Shown here: piece after piece, positions 54,004 through 64,000 of the stretch
Layout: each line of letters starts with the position of its first letter
Position numbering within the stretch: the stretch's first letter is position 1
Origin: Eledone cirrhosa
Taxonomy: Eukaryota
Direction: 5' to 3'
Length of the DNA: 64,000 bases
Assembly (NCBI GenBank): GCA_964016885.1
Contig: OZ024744.1
Location: forward strand, 56,854,001 to 56,918,000
Made by a program: the position numbers and the translations under genes
Notes under the pieces: generated by a model
The model's database searches: none
What the model saw: the letters and a program-made list of their open reading frames with translations, nothing else
Told to the model about the DNA's origin: nothing

Positions 54004-56358
54004 TCTATAAATCTAGACTACGATTTAGAAGTTTCAAATGTGGTCTTGAGGACTGAAGTATTTTATATACCATCTGAAAAATATAAATATATAACAATGT
54101 AAAATGCATGTATACATCATCATCATCAAAACACAATTGTGCTATTTTAAAAATTTCTCTAATAATTAAAATACTAAAATGAAATTTAAAACTACACTAT
54201 GTGTGTGCTTGTGTGAACATGTCTGAGTATGTATTTTTGTGTGTGTGTGTTTATATTTATATATTCATACATATAAATGTATGCACACGCATATATACAC
54301 ATACGCGTCAGCGCGTTGAGAAAATCCTAGTACTGTATATACTCATGTATGTGAAAAACCATTGAGACAATCTACTAACCTACAAAATACATTGTACGTT
54401 GTAAATGTAAGTGTGAGCATATGTATATTAATACTAGGACCTAGTTGTGGCATAACTTCTCTAGTGCTGGTATTATGAAAAAAGTCATCCAAAAAGAGGA
54501 CTTTTCAGTTGTGATAAGTGTACAATCTCATTAGTGTTGGTCACCTACACAATAAACACACCCAGTACACACTGTAAGGTGATTGGTGATAGCAAGAGTA
54601 ATCCATGATGATATATAATAGTTTAACAATCTTTTGATGAGATTTTAATCATAAAACTAAGTTAAGTTAATCTATCAACAATAGACCTCCCTTTCTTACC
54701 TCATCCCTAATGATTTCCAACTAATCTTTAAAAAAAATTTTAATTTGGAGGGATTTAGTAAAATATAACCTTTCATATTAATCTATGTTGGAAGGGTTTA
54801 ATATAAATAATGAAAACTTGAAAATTAGCAGTTTTACATCTTAAAACAAGAAATGGCTTTAGGCAGATTGGTATCAGAAGGGTTAAATAATTTCTGAGTT
54901 GAAATCCCACCGAGTTCAACTTTACTTTTCATTTTTAGAGGATCGATAAAATGAAGTACAAGTACTAAGTTTGATATAATTACCCTCAACACATAAATCT
55001 TTAAGATTATTAGTAAAATGAACTTACATGTGGCTTTTCTCTCATTTTTATTCATTAAACCCTGTGAATGAAAATTTAGAATATTATTGAAAATGTTTCA
55101 GAGATGTTTGTTGTTTGTTAGATGTTTTTAATATTTATTTATTTATTTTAAAATTGTTTTAATTTAAATGCCAAAAATTTCACACAATAGGACATTAGTT
55201 TTAGGTTAATAAATGGTTTGAAATTTTAAATATATGAAAAAAATTATATATTAACATAAAATTATTATTAAATGTTTTATACTTGGAAGAGAAGAAAATT
55301 AGCCTGAAATATTTAATTCAACAATATAACACATATTTTACTTTTTTTTCTTTTTTTTTTTTTCCATATTTACTTTCAAACCACATTATCTGGTAAACCG
55401 TAAAACTATGCCACTTACAGGGAATATATTAATATTTTAAAATTTATTCATTATTTGAAGAATATTTTTTAAAAAATGAAATAATATTGAACTTACCATT
55501 TGTTTATTCATTATCTTTACTAGTCAATAAAGGGGCCTTCCAGTGGTGGAAATATAGATAACACATTTAACAACCCTCTATACAGCTCAGAACTAAACCA
55601 AGTAAGTTCTTTGTAAAAATAGAACAATTGAATAACTTACCATAATTTTGTGATTTTCAACAAAGACAATATGGAACAAACACAGGCATATATAATAATA
55701 CATCCATTTAACACAGTTGTAAGCACACACACAGTCACATTTATATACATATACACTCATATTTATATGTATACACATATTTGTAGAGCAACATTTGAAA
55801 AAAATAAGGTATGATAACAAGTAAATATTGTTTTAAAGTTTTGTGTATATGAAATAATAGCATTTTTGTTAACTGCATAATTATCAACCAGTTGTCATGT
55901 ACTGCTGCTACTACTACTATTAGTTGTACCTTCTCCTAACATCATACAAATCCTTATATATATATATATGAAAGGGGTAAATAAAACTATTTTTATTCAT
56001 AGTAGTAAAATGAATGCTGATTGGTAAGATATATTAAAAAATTGGTCTCTAAACTTCTCTTCAAATGTTAATATATATATTATACTAACAGTGTACAATT
56101 GAAGTAATATAGATGGTTTAACAAAACTATCTAAAAACAATCCTCCTCTAAACCTCTTTTTAATTATATTTATGTATATTACACACATTATGGTTCACTT
56201 AAAGTGATATAGTCCTTTCCACTAATATAACTATATAACTTCCACATCTAAAACGTTAAATGTTATAACTTGGTTTATTGCTAAATCTTTCTTATAACTT
56301 GGTTTAATGGCTGTAACAAAATTCTCTCATAAAATGTGTTTTTTTTCTTTTTCTTTAG

Positions 56359-56451
56359 GAAACTTTATTCGATGATCCTTGCCAAATTTCCCCATCTTTT
56401 ACCATGGACTCTAACAACGACCCTGCTGAATTACAAGACAGTACTATATAA
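56359..56451 (+). CDS. AMN: Amnionless-like protein, terminal exon (ETLFDDPCQISPSFTMDSNNDPAELQDSTI*)
   Basis: Long poly-pyrimidine ttttttctttttctttag acceptor, phase 0, TAA at 56449-56451. Confidence 0.82.
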   Translation, partial: ETLFDDPCQISPSFTMDSNNDPAELQDSTI

Positions 56452-56640
56452 GGAGGACCCCACTAACAACGGTCCCGTTGAGTTTAGTTACTAGACAACA
56501 CAATAGAAGAATCATTTAAAGTTACTTCATATTATTATTAGTAGTAGTAGTATTATATCTTTTGAACATAGGATGGTATATAATCAAGACATGTCGAATT
56601 AAATGATTTAAAAAAATCATTTGTAACTTATAATACACGG

Positions 56641-56646
56641 AATAAA
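56641..56646 (+). promoter_or_regulatory. Candidate polyadenylation signal of the AMN-like gene
   Basis: First AATAAA ~190 nt after the stop codon. The AT-rich background limits certainty. Confidence 0.45.
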
Positions 56647-57540
56647 TATTGTAATTATCTTGCATATATCAAATTATCTTCAATTTTTTATAACGTGTTG
56701 CGTGGCCCGGTTGGTTTTCAGACGATCTGAAATAATATATGGAAAAATTTATTATCAAAATGTTTATTTCATATAAAAGAGTAAATAGACAATTATGTAA
56801 CGATAATAGGTTGTTTTTTAAAATATTAGCACAACACGTCATACTTGTTAGGAAGAGTACATTAGCAATTACCAATATGTAACATCGTGGAAGGGATCTT
56901 TTTAGCTTAATTAAAAACACAAACTACTATAATCATTTTTAGATTTATTTCTGAGGATCAAAATTAAAGTGGTTACAATGACTCTTCCATGATATAGTTA
57001 CACCATGTCTCAAATTAAGTCACTTTCTAAACAAGTACAACTGCCGTATTTGTTAGATGTATGTTATAACGAATATATGGGAAGGGGGGGAAATGGTAGG
57101 TTGGGTCACGAGTTGACCTGCCAATATTTTTCGATGAAAGTATTTTTAGATCAAATCAAACAACTTATCTAATTCAATGGATATAAACGATAATTACAAT
57201 GATTAATCAAGATTTTAATTCAACAACCATCTCATTGAGAAAAAAAATTAGTTTCGAATTTCTTTTTCATCTTCACCCATTCAATACACACCAGAAAATA
57301 TGTCTAAAATAAAATGTCTAGTAGTATTACTGGTTTTAAAAAAAATCAATGTTATATATATATGCAACAATGGGTAATAAATACCTGCATACCGATGTCT
57401 GTTGACAAATAAAAACAAAATAATCACGTAAATGTAGTAATTATAGCTTGGTGTACACATCCCGCCATTACGACAACAAACTACTCCGTCTGACTAACGA
57501 GCAGATATTCTAAAACTCAATGTCATGCCTCCTTATCAAC

Positions 57541-57585
<45 letters not shown>

Positions 57586-60296
57586 CATAGGCATTATGAC
57601 ATTCGAACTACTACGTCTAATGAAAAGTGAAGCCTTCTTATTAACGACGTAATGTGATGATAAAACTTACTCCCCAGGGAGGAGATTAAATGCAGTACAA
57701 AGATAGGAGGATGAGACAGAATGTTCTAGATAGGTGGGAAAACTAGTTGAGTTTGTTAAATTAAAATTGATACTAAGACGTTTTAAAATGATAAATCTGA
57801 TATGCATAGACTGGTTAAACTTTAGAATAATAATCATCACCATTTTACCTCCATTTTGCCATGCTTGTTTTGGGTTGGGCGATATTCTTCCTTAATAATG
57901 CTTTCTGGTTTAGGCACAAGGCCAACAATGTTTTGGGAGTGCAAAGTCGATTAAATGGCACTTTATTTTATCGACCTCGTAATCAGAAGGTAAAGGAGCA
58001 ATATATGGGGCAAAGCCTGACGCTCTACCAATACTGCTAATAATTTACCGCTATAATAAATATTTGATGTAACCCTCTTTATGTCGTGGATGGTGAACAT
58101 GATACACATTAAAATAGAAAATGTTCATCAATATGACTAGTGGTTTGTGTGTTTAAGGAAATCATCTGTTATTAGATTCTACAAATTAATTTTTAACCAT
58201 TAATCAATACGACCTATCACCAATACATCATAAAGTTACTAAACCGATTTAATTTATCAATAAGGTCTTGCAACACATGATACATAAATTACCCTACATT
58301 ACTGTCGCAATTTAGGGGGGGGGGGGTGCTCTGATCTTGAAATATTAAATATAAACTACCAACTAGTGTTTTAAGGTCACTTTCCCTGCTAGAGCGGGCT
58401 TTATAAACCTTGTAGGCTTCATATTCATCTTAAGGTCCTTTTTTGAAGCATTGTTTTACAGCCGGATGCTAAACCCTTTTAGTTGCGTCTTAATATTGAA
58501 GCCAATGTTATTTATAAACTAATTTATTGCTGGTGATGACGTTTGACCGCAAACAGCCTGTTGTGAGGGATCAGATCAATAACAAAATAAAATTCGCAAA
58601 TTTTATCATTCGTGAGGGCGATGAGCATGTCATAGGGATAAATCTATTGATTAAAATAAATAAATACACAATGATTTACAACGAAAATGCAGATGTCTCA
58701 TTTTATATAGCCAAAGCGAAGCAACCAAGGCCCCACTGGTGTATATGTATATATCATAGCATGGTTCGTAATTAAAGCTCAAGATACTCAGACTTACGTA
58801 CATTTGCTAATTATGCATAAACATTGTGGTTTAAAACATTCAAACGTTAACTGATACAGCAATCATTTTTTTCTAAGTAGGAAAATATCAGTCACTTTAG
58901 TCGTTTTGTCTATCTACCATATATACATATATATATGTGCGTGAAGGGAGAAAAGACATCAACAAATACCTACCTGTATACGAAGCAGCTGCTTCGTGGT
59001 TCTAACCTCGACTGTTAACTCGCTTCCACTACCACCAATAACATTGCCATGTCAACAAAGGATTGATGGGAAAAGCCATCACCTCGTCCTCGCGTGTTTC
59101 ATAACTTTTCGTATTTTATTGCAGCGATCTAATTGTTTATTAGAGATCGTTCAATAATTAATCATTAACAATAATAATAATAATTATTATAATTATTGTC
59201 AAGGTCAGTCTCTGAGTTCAAATCCCACCGAGATTAGCTTTGCCTTTCATTCTACAGGGTCGATAAAATAAAGTACCAGAAACGCATTAGGGTCAAATTA
59301 ATCGACTTTCCCTTTTCCTTCAAATTGTCGACTTCGGGTCTACTGTATTTATATGATATATTCCATAAATAAAAAAAAATTGAAATTAGAAAGTAAATAG
59401 CCAGCAGTCAAAATGCTTTCTTGTATTTAGTTACGGCTCTTTACGTTTTACATTTAAATCTCGCCGTGGGCGATAAAATAAATTCTGAAGACGATGTATT
59501 CGACTCTCAAAATTGTTGGCCTTGTGTCTAAATTAGAAAGTAATAATATTATTATTAACTAATAAATATCCATATCTAAAGGGCATTTCCTAGTATCGGT
59601 TACGTTCTGAATCTTAAAACCTTTTCAATCTGACATTTTATTAATAACACCACGAGAGTGAAAAAAAAACTTTTCTAAAGCTTCTTATTTATTATTGTTT
59701 GAAATAAAACATTACAGTATAATGATCTAAGTACAGTGTTAAAATTCTACATATGCACCAGCGCTGTCTGTCAGTGTCTGTAGGATTAACTAGCAGTTTC
59801 AGTCTTGAAAAAGAAAATACTAATTCCTTCTTTCATTTTCTATACTTACGTTTTAAAAGAATTGTTAGAACACAAAGGTTTCTCCTTTTCTCGCTTTAAC
59901 GAATTAGGAACAGTATATGTGGAATGTATCTGTATTCAAAGACTTTAATATAATTAATCCCTGTTTATACTTTTATACGCGGGAATGTTTTTGCCGTCTT
60001 GTCCGCAGAGCGCATCTCCTTTACCGCCAAGCCCAAGGACCATCACCATTTTTCTGTGACACTAGTCCTTGCCTTTCCCTCCATTTTTTGTTTTTTTTTA
60101 TATTTTCCTATTTTACATTCCATTTTTTCTTCTCTTTCACTAAATATTCTCTACGTTATAAATTAAAACTATATTATTTTATGACATACACAATCTTATT
60201 GGGGTATAATATATTTAGTCAAACAGCATAGTAAGCAAAAATGCATTTAAAGGCAAACGTAATTATAATTAGTATAATTATTAGATTTACTACTTA

Positions 60297-60745
60297 TAAT
60301 TGTTTCTACTTTTGGCACAAGGCCAGCAATTATCTCAGTGTATTACTGGTACTTTATTTTATCGACCCCGTAAGGATGAAAGAAAAAGTTAAACCTTGGT
60401 GAGATTGAACTTAGATTGTAAAGGGCCGTAACTCTATGCTGCGAGGTTTGTTGCTTGACGCTGTATCCAATAACCCTAATAATAATAATAATCCATCACC
60501 CTAATAATAATAATTTCTACTTTAGGCACAAGGCCAGCAATTTTGGGGAAGGGGGGAAAGTCGATTAAATTGACCCCAGCGCATTACTGGTGCTTTATTT
60601 TATCGACCCCCGTAAGGATGAAAGGCAAAGTTAACCTCAAATCCCGTCGAGGTTAGTTTTACCTTTCATCCTTACGGGGTCGATGAAATAAAGTACCAGT
60701 AATACACTAGGGTATTGCTGACCTTGTGCCAAAAGTAGAAACGAA
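60297..60745. mobile_element. Cluster of three SINE copies (two minus, one plus) forming inverted repeats
   Basis: 60297-60445 (-) and 60513-60638 (-), the latter abutting 60639-60745 (+). Confidence 0.88.
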
Positions 60746-60828
60746 TATAATTAGTAAATCCAATCATTATACTAATTATAATGTAAGTAACATTGCGTTT
60801 GCTTACTAAATATAAATAGTATTATACC

Positions 60829-61093
60829 CAGCAGCGTGCAGAGCTCTTGTGATGCCCGGGGGGAAATATTGATTGTATGCCCCAAAGACTCAAGTATAAG
60901 GTCTAATATACTGAGAATAAGAGAAAGGAAAACATTTTGAATATATAAACACAGATGAAACATGAAATAAACGCTTTATTCGATTTTAATATAAATCAAT
61001 CAAATTTAAGTTCTTTTTCCCCAAATGATGCCCCCATCCTAAGGATGCCAGCGGGGGGGGGGGCACTGCCCCCCTCCCCCCTGCACGCTACTG
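60829..61093. mobile_element. hAT-type MITE
   Basis: TIRs CAGCAGCGTGCAG and, reverse-complemented, CAGTAGCGTGCAG. 8-bp TSD ATTATACC/ATGATACC (7/8). Confidence 0.8.
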
Positions 61094-61104
61094 ATGATAC
61101 CTCA

Positions 61105-61280
61105 GTGGATTGGCAGTATCGGTAGAGGGTCGGACGCCATGCTTTGCAGCAAAGAGTTACGGCCCTTGCCATTCTGAGTTCAAATCCCGCCGAGGCTAAC
61201 TTTGGTTTTCATCCTTACGGGGTCGATAAAATAAAGAACCTCTTGGATAATTGCTGGCCTTGTGCCAAAAGTAGAAACAA
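61105..61280 (+). mobile_element. tRNA-derived SINE, near full length
   Basis: Family match to 21309-21495. Confidence 0.88.
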
Positions 61281-61384
61281 ATATATGATGCTCTGAACTT
61301 TCTGATTTTAGCCCTTAATGTTTATTGAGCTTCTTATGGTATAATTGGATTAAGATAATTTATTTCAATCTGTAATATATATAA

Positions 61385-63222
61385 TTGCAAGGCAGTGTGT
61401 CAGAGTAAATCGGGATGTTGTTGGAGATAAGTGCTCAGAAAAAGGAGGCCTGGAAATGTCATTATGAGAGATTGATGAATGTGGAGAATAAATGGGAGAG
61501 AGAGAAACTACCCTCAGTAGACCTAACAGGGGGACCAGTTATTGAGATTGATGACTATAGGTTCAAAGAGGCAATTAAGGAAATGAAAAGTGGTAAGGCT
61601 GCTGGACCGTCAGGGATAGTTGCTGAGATGCTGAAGGCATCAGGAGGAGTAGGAACTAAACTGGTTGTACACTTAGTCAATCAAGCTATACAGCGGAGTC
61701 ATACCCAAAGATTAATTCAACAGTATTCTTATAAATTACTACAAAGGTAAAGGGGATGCTCTGGAGGGGAAGAATTATAGGGGCATAAAACTGATGGATC
61801 AGGTTATAAAAGTGACAGAAAGAATGCTAGCGCAGCTAATTAGAGAAAGGGTCAAATTAGATGAGATGTTTGGTTTTGTGCCTGGGAAAAGTACAACAGA
61901 TGCGCTCTTCTTAGTGAGACAACTACAAGAGAGGTTCTTAGAGAAGAATAAGCCACTATACTTAGCTTTTGTTGACCTAGAGAAGGCAATTGATAGGGTA
62001 CTCCGATCTGTCATCTGGTAGTCCCTAAGGAGACTAGGTGTAGAGGAATGGTTTGTGAGGACAGTGCAAGCTATGTACAGAGGAACTGTTAGTAAAGTGA
62101 GAGTGGGAATGGAATTTAGTGAAGAATTCCAGATACAAGTAGGAGTACATCAATATTCAGTCCTCAGCCCACTCTTATTCATTATAGTTCTCCATGCCAT
62201 AACAGAGGAGTTTAAGACTGGCTGCCCATGGAAACTTCTCTATGCTGACGATCTGGTACTTATAGCAGAAACAGTAGAGGAGCTAAAGAATAAATTCTGG
62301 CTATGGAAACAGCAGTTGGAATCAAGAGGACTCAGAGTGAACCTAGCTAAGACTAAATTGTTGATAAGTAGGAAAGAGGACAAAACTCTGATTCCATCAG
62401 GGAAATGGCCATGCTCAATATATAGAAGTTGGCATAAATTCTATAGAATGTACACAATGCAGATCTTGGGTACACAAGAGGTGTAGTGGGATAGCAGGTA
62501 AACTAACAGGTAGGGAAAACTACATATGCAATAGATGTTCAGGGAAATTTGATAGTAGAAGTGGTAGTGATAGACACATTTTTCAAATGCAGGTAGTTTC
62601 AAATAGAGGTGGTTGATAGCTTCCGATAGCTTGGTGATCAGATTAGCAAGGGAGGAGGATGCTCCGAGGCCATAGTATCTAGAATAAGGACGAGTTGGAA
62701 GAAGTTTAGGGAGCTGCTTCCTCTGTTGACAAAGAAGGGTTTCTTCCTATGAATGAAAGGCCGGTTATATGATGCCTGCGTGAGATGCGTGATGCTGCAT
62801 GGTAGTGAGACATGGGAAGCAGCTGCGGAGGATATGCGATAGCTGGTGTGAAATGAAGCAAGCATGCTCCGATGGATGTACAATGTCAAAGTCCGTGAAC
62901 GACTAAGCATAGACGAATTGAGAGTGAAACTGTATAAGAGGGATAAACTGTAGTGTGCGGGAGAGAAGACTGCATTGATATGGACGTGATGCGCATGGTG
63001 GATGACCGCTGGGTAAAGAAGTTCCAAGAAATCCCAGTGGAAAGAAGACGCAGTAGAGAAAGACCACGAAAATCATGGGCGGAGGTGGTGAGAACTGACC
63101 TCAGATCGCTGAAGCTAACAGAGGAGATGACGAAGGGCCATGACGAATGGAGAGATACTGTGCTGAAAAGGACCTGTCCTACCCTTGCAAGCAAGGAAAA
63201 GCGGGCGTAAAATGATGATGAT
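61385..63222 (+). mobile_element. RTE-clade LINE, 5'-truncated, RT pseudogene
   Basis: KSGKAAGPSGIVAEMLK; FGFVPGKSTTDALFLVRQLQE..AFVDLEKA; GVHQYSVLSPLLF..LLYADDLVL; (GAT)n tail; frameshifts and stops. Confidence 0.95.
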
Positions 63223-63382
63223 GATATATATATATATAATATAGAGTAAAATTGCAGGCCGGACAGATGAAATTCCTTCAAATAACTTAAGGCGTAACGA
63301 ACGTGCAATTACACACACACTCATATACAAAATGTGACGCCGTCGTCATGTTATAAAATATCCATTTACTTATAGTTGTTTA

Positions 63383-64000
<618 letters not shown>

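Overview
Eukaryotic, AT-rich, repeat-dense genomic DNA. The SINE, RTE-LINE and microsatellite repertoire suggests a coleoid cephalopod such as an octopus (inference). None of the long ORFs in the supplied track is a credible host gene. The one host gene I can support is not recoverable from the track as a gene: six + strand exons (34557-56451) with canonical splice sites and matching phases. They splice into the C-terminal ~275 aa of an amnionless (AMN)-like type I membrane protein, with an AMN-like ectodomain end, an extra Thr-rich stalk containing RRRR, a TM helix, a GFQNPVY endocytosis motif and a DSTI C-terminus. Its upstream exons were not found in the window. The rest comprises: a >12.9 kb 9-bp tandem array (ACTACCAAC)n with higher-order duplications; three other satellites/minisatellites; a degraded Helitron (Rep/PIF1 helicase) with a triplicated 3' end; RTE, CR1 and other LINE fragments; many tRNA-derived SINEs; MITEs with TTAA, TA or 8-bp target duplications; and a cluster of short (TA)n-embedded elements with fold-back hairpins and hammerhead-ribozyme motifs (Penelope-like; one hammerhead at 31354-31419 has an intact core). 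A chain of strong minus-strand splice signals suggests a spliced antisense transcript overlapping the AMN-like gene. All calls were made by eye, and repeat boundaries are approximate.
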